A stretch of DNA of 64,000 nt, from NCBI GenBank assembly GCA_965116475.1, contig OZ220691.1, positions 416,001-480,000 of the forward strand. Reading direction: 5' to 3'. Origin of the DNA: Gemmatimonadota bacterium. Lineage in GTDB: Bacteria; Gemmatimonadota; Gemmatimonadetes; Palauibacterales; Palauibacteraceae. Positions 8,141 through 17,007 of this stretch are shown piece after piece. The stretch's first letter is position 1. Each line of letters begins with the position of its first letter. Under the pieces are notes generated by a model. The model ran no database searches, had not been told where the DNA came from, and was given only the letters and a program-made list of their open reading frames with translations. The position numbers and the translations under genes were made by a program.

Positions 8141-11100
8141 TCAGCCCTCCCGGGAAGTTGTCAATCCCCTGCTGCCTTGCAGATTCTTAGGCAGCTGTCC
8201 GAACCGAGTGCGAGTGTATTGGCGCGTGTCCTCAGACGACAGTTTCACGGTTCCTGGGCCGCTGCGGACGAAGAAGTCCCCATCTTCGGTGTTGTCGAAT
8301 CCCTTCCACCGGAGGTAGACGGGCTCAGGGCTTCGTTGGCAGCTCACGACGCAGACCGAGCCGCCGTCCAGGATCTGAGTTCTTGGATCGATGCATGTCC
8401 CGGCGCGGTCGCCCAGTGCGTTTCGCACGATCTGGGTTAGATGGAGCATGAACTTGTCGTCGGTGTCGAAGCCGTCCCGCTCGATGCCGACGACTGATCC
8501 ATCGTCGGCGACGCCGAGGAGGAGGTCGCCGCCTTCCGTGTTCTGGAAGGCCGCGATTGTCTTCAGGGCGGCGTGGGTTATGCGGTTGTCCTTGCGGTCC
8601 TCCTTGAGGTTCCAGCGTAACGTGGACTTGAATTCCAGCGTCTTCGACTCGCCACGCTTGATCAGTTCCTCGGCGTTCCGGTGGCCGCGCAGGTACTGGT
8701 CGAAGAGGAGCGTCTTCACGAGTTCGCCGAACGCGCGGTCGTCGGTGATGCGCTTGTAGAGGTCGAAGTTCGAGTCGACGATGCCCTGGATCACCTCCTC
8801 GACCTTGTGATCGAAGGTGAGGCGCACGTTCTCGCGGGTGTTCACGCGGGCGGCCGCGGCGAGCGCCGTGTCGTCCTCGAGCTTGTCCATCATCTGGTTG
8901 AGGGTCACGCGGTGTTCCGGCCCGAGGTTTAGGCCGAAGCGATCGTTCAGCTCCGCGATGATCCGTGAGAGGGCCTCGATCTCCTCCTGCGCCACTCCCG
9001 GTTGTAGGCCGGTCTTACGGGGTTCGATGGTGCCGGAGCCCCGTGACAGCTCGATTCCCCCCTTCCCCGTCTGCTGGATCCGGTACGACTCCATGTCGAT
9101 CTTCTGCTGTACTTCCCGCGGGAGTTCGTTCCCGTCCGCCGGGAGGAGTTGCCGGAGGTAGCGGGTGAAGACGTGCAGCTTCTCGAGGTCCGCGTCCTTG
9201 AAGGTCAGGATCTGCGCCAGGAACGAGTAGAGGCGCGTGTACTTCCGCAGCCCGCCGCGGAACTCCGAGCGCGCGTCGGGTTCCAGATCGCGGAAACGCC
9301 CCACGGGGTCGGCGAGCGCGGCGTACAACTGATCCTGCGTAGCGTCGCTCCCGAAGTAGACCCGCGCGAAGGCGTCCACCTCCGCCTCGGTGTATACGTG
9401 GAAGCCGAGAAGCTCGCCTTGGAGATCGTAGAGGAGGTTCGGATCCGTCGCCTCTGAGAGGATCGTCGTCTCGTAGTACGGTTCGAACGCCTCGCGGATG
9501 TGGTCGGCTTCGTTGGCGAAATCGAGGACGGCCGTCTCGTCCTTGCCGGGATGAGTCCGGTTCAGGCGCGAGAGAGTCTGCACCGCGTTCACGCCGCCCA
9601 GCTTCTTGTCGACGTACATGGTGTGGAGGAGGGGCTGGTCGAACCCCGTCTGGAACTTGCTCGCCACGACCAGGAACCGGTACTCGGGCTTGGCGAATTC
9701 GGCCGCCGTCTGCTGCTCTCCGATCAGGTGCGGTCCCCCGGCCGAGTTCATGCCGGGTTCGGTGTATTCTTTCCCCTCGTCGTTCACCTTCCCGGAGAAG
9801 GCGACCAGGCACTTCCAGGGATACCTCTTCTCCTCCAGGTAGGCGTCCACGGCGAGCTTGTAGCGCACGGCGTGGAGGCGGGAGCGGGTGACGATCATGG
9901 CCTTGGCCCTGCCGCCGATCCTGTCCTGCACCTGCTCGGCGAAGTGCTCGACCATGATCCGCACCTTCCGCCCGATCGCGTGCGGGTGCAGTTCCACGAA
10001 GGACTTGAGCAGGTATGCAGCCTTGCCCTTCTCGTACCTCGGGTCGTCCTCGATCGTCTTGAAGAGCCGCCAGTAGGCCGAGTACGTCGTGTAGTTGGCG
10101 AGGACGTCGAGGATGAAGCCCTCCTCGATTGCCTGCCGCATGCTGTACAGGTGGAACGGCTCGAACCCGCCATCGGCCTGCCTGACGCCGAACAACTCAA
10201 GCGTCTTCGCCTTGGGCGTCGCCGTGAACGCGAAGGTGGAGAGGTTCGGCAGGGGGCCGCGTTTCTCCATCTCGGCGAGGACGGCCTCCTCCAGTTCCTC
10301 TTCCGGCGTCGCGGCTTTGGCTTCCTCCTCCTCGGCGGCAGAGAGGCTTCCAGCGGCGAGTACGGCCTTGAGGCTCTTCGAACTCTCGCCGGACTGGGAG
10401 GAGTGAGCCTCGTCGACGATCACCGCAAACCGCTGCCCGGGAAGCGATCCGATCTGCTCAGCGATCACCGGGAACTTCTGGAGCGTCGTGACGATGATCC
10501 GCTTGCCGGATTCCAGCGCCTCGCGGAGCTGCTTCGAATCCTTGTCGATCTTCTCGACCACCCCGAGCGTCTGCTCGAACTGGGTGATGGCGCGCTGAAG
10601 CTGGCGGTCCAGCACACGGCGGTCGGTGACGACGACGATGGAGTCGAACACCGAGCGATCATCGGCATCGTGGAGCGTGGAGAGCTGGTGCGCGAGCCAG
10701 GCGATCGTGTAGCTCTTGCCGCTCCCGGCCGAGTGCTGGATGAGATAGCGCTCACCTGCCCCGTGGTTCCGGGCGTGAGACACCATGCGCCGTACCGCAT
10801 CGAGCTGCTGGTAGCGGGGGAAGATCAGGCGTTTCGTCTTCCGGCCCGCGTCGTCTTCTTCCTCCACCTCGTGGATGAACTGCCGGACGAGATCGAGAAC
10901 GCTGTCCCGGGCCCAGACTTCTTCCCAGAGGTAATCCGTGGAGTACCCGCTTTGGGTCGGGGAGACCGGAGGATTTCCGGCGCCGCCGAATCTGCCGCGG
11001 TTGAAGGGCAGGAACCGCGTCTTCGCTCCTTCGAGTCGCGTGGTGACATACACTAGCTCCGGATCCACCGCGAAGTGCGCGAGGCAGCGTCCGTGCGCGA

Positions 11101-11725
11101 GGAGCGGTTCGCGAGGATCGCGATCATGCCGGTACTGGCGGATCGCATCTTCGACGTTCTGCCCGGTGAACGGATTCTTGAGTTCGACCGTGAAGAACGG
11201 GATGCCGTTCAGGAACAGCACCAGGTCGAGGCTCTGTTCCGTCTTGCTGCTGTAGCGGAGCTGGCGGACCACGGAGGAGATGTTCGCCGCGTGGAGGCGC
11301 CGCGTCTCCTCGTTGAGGCCGCTGGCGGGGCGGAAATAGGCCAATTGGAACTTGCACCCCGAGTCCTTGATGCCTTTGCGGAACACGTCGAGGGCACCGC
11401 GCCGCTCAAGCTCCTTCGATAATCTCCTCAGGAATCGATCCCGAACTTCGGCTCCATGATGCTCTTTCAGCTGCGCCCAGGTGCGCGGTTGAGTGGCGAC
11501 GAGGAAGTCGATGACATCTTGCGGTAGGAGACCTAGGCCACGGTCGTAGTCGGCCTCTGAACCCCGGCGGCGGTAGCCGACGGGCGCGAAGCCATCGCCG
11601 TACGGGACCGACAGGGCCTCGTGGACGGCGCCGCCGCTCTCAGCACGTGCACCAAGGCCCCCGCAAAGCAAAGCGGACTCGATCGCATCCTCGAGCGCTC
11701 GCTCGGAGATGTCCACAGCTGTCAT
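8141..11725 (-). CDS. hsdR: Type I restriction enzyme R subunit with C-terminal Schlafen/AlbA_2 domain
   Basis: DLVLFLNGIPFFTVELKN nuclease motif, QHSAGSGKS, DEAH, FTATPK, FQTGFDQP, QTLSRLNR; C-terminal GESKTLEFKS...AFQNTEGGDLLLGVADDG. Confidence 0.93.
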   Translation of the reverse strand: MTAVDISERALEDAIESALLCGGLGARAESGGAVHEALSVPYGDGFAPVGYRRRGSEADYDRGLGLLPQDVIDFLVATQPRTWAQLKEHHGAEVRDRFLRRLSKELERRGALDVFRKGIKDSGCKFQLAYFRPASGLNEETRRLHAANISSVVRQLRYSSKTEQSLDLVLFLNGIPFFTVELKNPFTGQNVEDAIRQYRHDRDPREPLLAHGRCLAHFAVDPELVYVTTRLEGAKTRFLPFNRGRFGGAGNPPVSPTQSGYSTDYLWEEVWARDSVLDLVRQFIHEVEEEDDAGRKTKRLIFPRYQQLDAVRRMVSHARNHGAGERYLIQHSAGSGKSYTIAWLAHQLSTLHDADDRSVFDSIVVVTDRRVLDRQLQRAITQFEQTLGVVEKIDKDSKQLREALESGKRIIVTTLQKFPVIAEQIGSLPGQRFAVIVDEAHSSQSGESSKSLKAVLAAGSLSAAEEEEAKAATPEEELEEAVLAEMEKRGPLPNLSTFAFTATPKAKTLELFGVRQADGGFEPFHLYSMRQAIEEGFILDVLANYTTYSAYWRLFKTIEDDPRYEKGKAAYLLKSFVELHPHAIGRKVRIMVEHFAEQVQDRIGGRAKAMIVTRSRLHAVRYKLAVDAYLEEKRYPWKCLVAFSGKVNDEGKEYTEPGMNSAGGPHLIGEQQTAAEFAKPEYRFLVVASKFQTGFDQPLLHTMYVDKKLGGVNAVQTLSRLNRTHPGKDETAVLDFANEADHIREAFEPYYETTILSEATDPNLLYDLQGELLGFHVYTEAEVDAFARVYFGSDATQDQLYAALADPVGRFRDLEPDARSEFRGGLRKYTRLYSFLAQILTFKDADLEKLHVFTRYLRQLLPADGNELPREVQQKIDMESYRIQQTGKGGIELSRGSGTIEPRKTGLQPGVAQEEIEALSRIIAELNDRFGLNLGPEHRVTLNQMMDKLEDDTALAAAARVNTRENVRLTFDHKVEEVIQGIVDSNFDLYKRITDDRAFGELVKTLLFDQYLRGHRNAEELIKRGESKTLEFKSTLRWNLKEDRKDNRITHAALKTIAAFQNTEGGDLLLGVADDGSVVGIERDGFDTDDKFMLHLTQIVRNALGDRAGTCIDPRTQILDGGSVCVVSCQRSPEPVYLRWKGFDNTEDGDFFVRSGPGTVKLSSEDTRQYTRTRFGQLPKNLQGSRGLTTSREG

Positions 11726-11728
11726 CTC

Positions 11729-13039
11729 TCAGCCGTCGTGTATGCCACGCGCCTCCGCGCCTTCCCAGCGGTTCCTCACATCTATCCCTCCGGTGACCGC
11801 AGCTGAGATAAGCGCCGCCCGGTACTCATCCAAACGCCGGACAACGCTCTTCGTCTTCGCGATAGCTGCGTCAAGCCTCGCGCTTTCGCGCTCCACGTGC
11901 ACAAGAATCGCATCTTGCTCGGCAAGCGGCGGTACGACAACCGGAAAATTCTGCAACATCGGAAGCCGCAGGGAGTCAACCGTCGACTTGGCAGTGCCCC
12001 GCATGGTCTCGAACCGTAGCGATGCCCCGAAGTAGTGATAGAAGAACTTCCCGACAACTTCTTCGAAGCCGCTGAACTTGTATACGCGCTGATGGAAATC
12101 AAATTTTCCGTTCACGTAGTGAAATACTTTGGCGACGCCAACGCCATCGCCCGCCGTCAGCACGGCTTCGCCATCAAACGACCAAGTGTCTATTCGTTCC
12201 ACGGTCGGCGAGCGAACAAAAAACGGGTATTCCCCTCCTTCTTGTCGATCTACTGTGTCGCGCCCACCCGTCGTGATGTTCGCCAGCGTCCTAAGTCGCT
12301 GCAGCCCCCAATGCGCCGGAATCTCACCCAGCCACTCAACGCCGGACTCCTTCATCGGTACGTTCGGGTCGAGGCCGAGGGTGACGGCACGGGTGATGAG
12401 GGCAGTGCGTTTCTCTTGCAGCAAGTCGATGAGTCGCTCCTGCCTCGCGAGCAGTTCGTCGATCTTGGCAGTTTCGCGGTCCAAGAAATCAAGGATGACT
12501 TCCTGTTCGGTTCGCGGAGGGATTGCCAACGGTAGGGCAAGCCAGCGATCCGTGGGCAAGCGTCGACTACCGTGGCCCGCCACATCCACGAGTGACAAGA
12601 GGGCCTCCTGTGTTGCCGCCAGGGCTCGGCCCAAGAACCGCTCGTTGACTCCGCGTAGCGGTCGCAACGCTTTCATGTCCTGATTGATGGTGACCCGACA
12701 TGTGGTCCAAGCGACCGGAACGGCCTTGGCCAAGATCATGCCGCGGACGACCATGAGTACCGCTCCGCTGTCCACAACTGTGAGCGATGTCTCGTGGACG
12801 GCGGCTTCCGTCACCCGGATGGCCGAGTCATCGATGGCTTCGACCTTCATGTCCTTGGGCGTAACCCAAGGGATAGAGCCATTCCAATACGCCTCAACTG
12901 CCATGCTTGGGGTCATGCCGCCGGTGACTGCCACGCATCGCTTTAGCTTCTTTACGTTCCAATGTGCCGGGATCTCCCCCAACCACTCGACGCCGGAGTC
13001 CTTGTATTCCGGATACGGCCGGGGAGTACGGTTCGCCAC
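11729..13039 (-). CDS. hsdS: Type I restriction-modification specificity subunit (two TRDs)
   Basis: Duplicated (YKD/MKE)SGVEWLGEIPAHW conserved regions, PP..EQ..I motifs and two helical spacers; GTG 13039 just after the upstream stop. Confidence 0.92.
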   Translation of the reverse strand: MANRTPRPYPEYKDSGVEWLGEIPAHWNVKKLKRCVAVTGGMTPSMAVEAYWNGSIPWVTPKDMKVEAIDDSAIRVTEAAVHETSLTVVDSGAVLMVVRGMILAKAVPVAWTTCRVTINQDMKALRPLRGVNERFLGRALAATQEALLSLVDVAGHGSRRLPTDRWLALPLAIPPRTEQEVILDFLDRETAKIDELLARQERLIDLLQEKRTALITRAVTLGLDPNVPMKESGVEWLGEIPAHWGLQRLRTLANITTGGRDTVDRQEGGEYPFFVRSPTVERIDTWSFDGEAVLTAGDGVGVAKVFHYVNGKFDFHQRVYKFSGFEEVVGKFFYHYFGASLRFETMRGTAKSTVDSLRLPMLQNFPVVVPPLAEQDAILVHVERESARLDAAIAKTKSVVRRLDEYRAALISAAVTGGIDVRNRWEGAEARGIHDG

Positions 13040-13040
13040 G

Positions 13041-13652
13041 TCAGCGGGCGCGGTCGTAGAGCAGCGGTTCCACCAAGTAGCGCGCACGGCAGGCCTCTGC
13101 GGCGCGCCAAATCTCATCCGGCGTCGCTTTGCGTTCAAGCAGGACGTCGTCGAAGGCCTCCAGGGCGGCCTCGAGACCCACGCGGCGCCTGAAACGGAAG
13201 CAGTCCACTACCGTGCGCGCCGGCGTTGTGATCTTGGCGGGCACGCCCTCAAACTCCGTGTCCACCACGCCGTACCGGAGAGATGGGCCGGAGAATCGCG
13301 TCACATGGAGCTTGACCGAGTCCATGCTGGGCGCCCGCTCGCCGTGTGGGACGGCGATCCAGACGCCGTATCCGAGTTGCGTGCCGATGTCGTGAACCGT
13401 CAGGGCCGTGATGAGGGAGACGATCGCGTGCGGCGCCCGCGCGCAGACGGCCGCCACGCTGTGGTGTTGTGTGATGTCCGCATCCGTCCGCCAGTAGAGC
13501 CCCCACCCTTCGCGCTCAACCAGCCCCGCCGCCTCCATGCGCCGTAGATTGTCATACGACACCCCGGCCGCCTCCGCGTCCTGGGGACGGAAAAAGGCGG
13601 GGAGACCGGCATCGCGCAGGCGCTGGGCGTTGGTGGTCGTTGTGCGAAACAA
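13041..13652 (-). CDS. AbiEi-family (type IV TA) antitoxin / transcriptional regulator, orphan copy
   Basis: wHTH-like GLVEREGWGLY, SLITAL..H, ITTPARTVVDCFRFR; paralogous to 16255-16863; TTG 13652 chosen to match the paralogue length. Confidence 0.8.
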   Translation of the reverse strand: MFRTTTTNAQRLRDAGLPAFFRPQDAEAAGVSYDNLRRMEAAGLVEREGWGLYWRTDADITQHHSVAAVCARAPHAIVSLITALTVHDIGTQLGYGVWIAVPHGERAPSMDSVKLHVTRFSGPSLRYGVVDTEFEGVPAKITTPARTVVDCFRFRRRVGLEAALEAFDDVLLERKATPDEIWRAAEACRARYLVEPLLYDRAR

Positions 13653-13676
13653 ACGTTCACGCTGTTTGCATAAAAC

Positions 13677-13700
13677 GTCACATCTACAAGCAGATGTGAC
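13677..13700. promoter_or_regulatory. Inverted repeat GTCACATCT-N6-AGATGTGAC, putative AbiEi operator
   Basis: Perfect 9-bp IR, imperfectly extendable to 13667-13711, immediately upstream of the AbiEi gene. Confidence 0.6.
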
Positions 13701-13784
13701 ATTTTTCTGCATGAACCCGAGCCTGTCAAGAGGCGCACGTAAGCCCCGTACTCTGAGTGCCGCCACCCCCAACCCTCAACCACT

Positions 13785-15896
13785 TCAGGGCCGTAGGGCC
13801 GAAAGGCAGCAGAACTTCAGCTTCTCACCTGACCCGCAGGGGCACGGGTCGTAGGGATTCCACCTGCCTACCCTCCGAAGCTCATCCAGCCGAGCGCGGC
13901 TTTTCCTCCGCCAGCCAGCCATTCGTTCGTCGCCGTTTCGAAGATCACCCCATACGGCAGGTCGCAGAATCGGACCAGAGATTCGTGGCATGAACAGCCC
14001 TGAGAGTTCATCATGAGCCTGCTGTAGCACGGCTGCTGGGATCGCTTCACGCAGTCCGGCGTTGACGGCTGCGACCGTTTGGCCGCCTTCGTTCGTAGCT
14101 AGTCGCGCCGCCAACTCGCGGCGAAAGCTGTGCCCGCCATTCGACTCCCTGAAGCGCAACACGCCGCCAAGAAGCGCTGGCTGATGTTCGATCACCGCGC
14201 CCAGATCCGAATTGAATCGCCCGGTCAAGGCGTAGCTTGCCGCCTGATCCGCCCACGCGCGACCGCTTGAAGCGGCGAAAGCCACGCTCGCCAGCGTCTC
14301 ACTGCCCAGCAGCATTCGCGTGGCGGTGGCCCCGACGTGCTGACAAATCACTCCTTGTCGTATCACTCCTGCAAGACGGATTACAGGGTAGGCCAGCCAC
14401 CGCGGAACGGCGTCCAACGGTGTTCCGCCACTCATGCCTAAGAGCCGACGAACGGATGGATTAACCAACAGACTACGCGTCATCTGTTCCAACTCATCGC
14501 TCGTCATGGCCTGCGTCAGATCTATGCTCGCCGACGCGAGCCTCTCCATCTGCCTCGCGGCTCCATCCTCCTTGCCAGGTACCGCGGTCAACTGCCGGCC
14601 GATTCTCTCCGCGATCGTTCGCTCCTTGAACGACTCTGCTGTGCTGGACTCGCCCCCCACCGCGAATGCCTTTATCTCTCCGGTCAGTGCACCGGGCTCC
14701 GGGAACATCACAAGCGGTTCGTGCGGCGGTGCAATCAGTCGTATCGCCTCCGCCTCAACGAACCTCCAAAACCAGGACGATCCGAGCAGATTGTGCAACC
14801 GTCCCAAATGATCGATGGAAAGGCACGTAACGTCGAAGCAGATGAGTCCAACGACCACATCGTGTAGGGCGGAATAGCCGTCAAGCACGACCTCGCCATC
14901 GACATACCCTTCGCCGACGAAGCACTCCTCCGTTCCCGCGCTGCTCTCGACAGTGATCACTTGCGAGGTCGTGTGTTTCCCCCACGGCAGCAAGGCTCCC
15001 ATGAAGTAGACGCTCTCCCGGCTCCGTTGCTCCTCACCGTTCCACGCAGTCGAGGTGGCCGAGCTCCGCAAGGCCTGCATGTTGGCAACGGCCTCGAGGC
15101 TCATGATTGCGCTGCGGTGGTCGGCCGGATCGACCCGATACCTGATGTGCTTCACGCCCTCCCGTGCCGGTGACGATCCTTCCGGCACCACCATGAAGTG
15201 GGGACCCGCGCCGAACAGCCGATGAGTTGATGCGCCGCGCCGCAGCGCTTCGATTACATGTTCGTCCCTAAGACCGTAGCCCAAGAATAGGACGCTGCAC
15301 TCCGCGAAGATCGAGTGGAGTGCGTCAACGAAACGCACGTCGTCCAGCACGGCGTCGTAGTCCCGCGCGGAGAACACCATCGTCTCCACGGCGCTGACCG
15401 ACCCATGCACCTTGCAGATGAAGGCCCTGCGTTCGCCCAGCAGCCGCGGCAACCGTTCGATATCGGACCTCTGGACCGTCTCCGGTCCCGGCAGGTGCCG
15501 CTCCAGCGACTCGTCTACGTTGGTCGTCAGGAGGTACGTCGGCCTGATCGTTCGAAGAGCACGCAACATTCGCTCGTAGACGGGGGTCGGTTGCCGGTAT
15601 GCGAAGGCGTCAGTGAGCAGAGAGAAATAGAGCGCCGAGTCGCTTGTCTTCATCTCCTCGAAGACCTTGGGATAGGCCCCTTCTGCCAAGAGCGAAGAAG
15701 CGGCCTCTTTGGTGTACGTGCCCACTTCCCTTGCGAATCGCCCGTGCATCTCGTCGGCTAGCTCCTCCCACAGCGGATAGCCCGCCCACTTGCTGGCCCC
15801 GGCCCCGAACCAAACCACCAACGGACGCGGGCGGCTCAGAATCAGCGATTCAAGAGCGCTTAGCGCCTGCTTCGTCTCCAGGTCGTCACTGAACAC
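13785..15896 (-). CDS. SIR2-like (SIR2_2) domain protein with unknown central domain and C-terminal SEC-C metal-binding motif
   Basis: FGAGAS..AGYPLW, LTTNVD, KVHGS, LFLGYGLRD sirtuin motifs; C-terminal PYDPCPCGSGEKLKFCC. Confidence 0.85.
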   Translation of the reverse strand: MFSDDLETKQALSALESLILSRPRPLVVWFGAGASKWAGYPLWEELADEMHGRFAREVGTYTKEAASSLLAEGAYPKVFEEMKTSDSALYFSLLTDAFAYRQPTPVYERMLRALRTIRPTYLLTTNVDESLERHLPGPETVQRSDIERLPRLLGERRAFICKVHGSVSAVETMVFSARDYDAVLDDVRFVDALHSIFAECSVLFLGYGLRDEHVIEALRRGASTHRLFGAGPHFMVVPEGSSPAREGVKHIRYRVDPADHRSAIMSLEAVANMQALRSSATSTAWNGEEQRSRESVYFMGALLPWGKHTTSQVITVESSAGTEECFVGEGYVDGEVVLDGYSALHDVVVGLICFDVTCLSIDHLGRLHNLLGSSWFWRFVEAEAIRLIAPPHEPLVMFPEPGALTGEIKAFAVGGESSTAESFKERTIAERIGRQLTAVPGKEDGAARQMERLASASIDLTQAMTSDELEQMTRSLLVNPSVRRLLGMSGGTPLDAVPRWLAYPVIRLAGVIRQGVICQHVGATATRMLLGSETLASVAFAASSGRAWADQAASYALTGRFNSDLGAVIEHQPALLGGVLRFRESNGGHSFRRELAARLATNEGGQTVAAVNAGLREAIPAAVLQQAHDELSGLFMPRISGPILRPAVWGDLRNGDERMAGWRRKSRARLDELRRVGRWNPYDPCPCGSGEKLKFCCLSALRP

Positions 15897-16003
15897 GATT
15901 GGCTCCCCTTGAAGTCAGTCTTCGGCGTCATCGTGGTTGCTGAAGGTATTGGATGGATGCACTCCCGCGGAGCGAGAACAACGCGCCTCGCACGCTCCCC
16001 GAA

Positions 16004-16255
16004 CTAGGGATCCAACGAACGACGGGGGTCCACATCCCGGGTTCCCCGGAACGTGTCGGCGCCCCGCACGACAAACAGGGTCGCACCCTTCAGCGTGAAT
16101 AGGTCGGACGCGGGCGACCGGCCCATCCGGTAAAGGAATCGCTCAGCCGCGTAGGACTGGAGGAGGAAGTTCAGTTGCGTCCCCTGGTCGCGCGCCACGT
16201 TCAGCGGGCGGGCATGGACTGACGCAAGGACGTTCGTGATCGGCCTGCGCCGCAT
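16004..16255 (-). pseudogene. Truncated AbiEii nucleotidyltransferase toxin (N-terminal ~83 aa only)
   Basis: ASVHAR..N.AR, YAAERFLYR, LKGATL, TRDVD motifs; ATG overlaps the AbiEi stop; frame ends just after the DxD motif. Confidence 0.8.
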
Positions 16256-16863
16256 CAGTACGCCCGCATCCTCAGGGCCGGCCCCAGAAGTGAACGGGCG
16301 CCGCACACGTCTGCGGCCCGCCAGATCTGATCGGGCGTTGCCTTGCCGTCGTCGAGCACCTCCTGCAGCGCTTCGAGAGCAGGTTCGAGTCCGATCTTGC
16401 TTCGGAACCGAAAGCAGTCCACCACGGTTCGCGCTGGCGTGGTGATCTTCGTGGGCACACCGTCGAATTCCGTGTCCACGACGCCATACGTGAGGGACGC
16501 CGCGCTGAAGCGCGTGATGCGAACCGGTAGCCTCTCAAGGGCCGGGGGCCGGGACTTGTGGGGGATCGCGATCCAGACCTGGTGCGGCTTCTGCGTGCCG
16601 ATGTCGTAGACTTCCAGCGCTGTGAGCAGGCAAACGACGGCCTGCCGCGCCCGCGCGCACACGGCCGCAATCGTGTGATGGCTCGTGACGTCGGCACGCG
16701 TTTGCCGGTAGAGGCCCCAACCTTCACGCTCGACTAGACCGAGGCCCTCCAGGCGCCGAAGCTCGTGGTAGCCGATTCCGGCCGCCTCCGCATCGCAAGG
16801 ACGGAAGAACGTACCGAGACCTGTCTCGGAGAGCCGCTCGTCGTTGAGGGATTCCTGAATCAT
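16255..16863 (-). CDS. AbiEi-family (type IV TA) antitoxin
   Basis: GLVEREGWGLYR, CLLTAL, ITTPARTVVDCFRFRSKIG; translationally coupled to the AbiEii fragment. Confidence 0.85.
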   Translation of the reverse strand: MIQESLNDERLSETGLGTFFRPCDAEAAGIGYHELRRLEGLGLVEREGWGLYRQTRADVTSHHTIAAVCARARQAVVCLLTALEVYDIGTQKPHQVWIAIPHKSRPPALERLPVRITRFSAASLTYGVVDTEFDGVPTKITTPARTVVDCFRFRSKIGLEPALEALQEVLDDGKATPDQIWRAADVCGARSLLGPALRMRAY

Positions 16864-16889
16864 CGCGTACCCAAGCTTGTTCTATAAAC

Positions 16890-16996
16890 GTCGGCAATTG
16901 CAATTCAATGCCGACAATTTCTTGGCACACGAGCTTTGAGTCAAGCGAGCGCAAGCCACGTTCGTCAACAGATCTGTTGCCAACAATTCTGTTGAC
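16890..16996. promoter_or_regulatory. Two inverted repeats upstream of AbiEi (GTCGGCA..TGCCGAC 16890-16915; GTCAACAGA-N15-TCTGTTGAC 16964-16996)
   Basis: IRs read directly in the AT-rich hsdM-abiEi intergenic region. Confidence 0.55.
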
Positions 16997-17007
16997 AACG
17001 GTGCGGA

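Noticed and set aside
12308..13003. Repeated ~45-bp segments in hsdS as a shufflon or phase-variation site
   Set aside because: These are the normal direct-repeat conserved regions of HsdS; no inverted copies, silent hsdS or recombinase is present.
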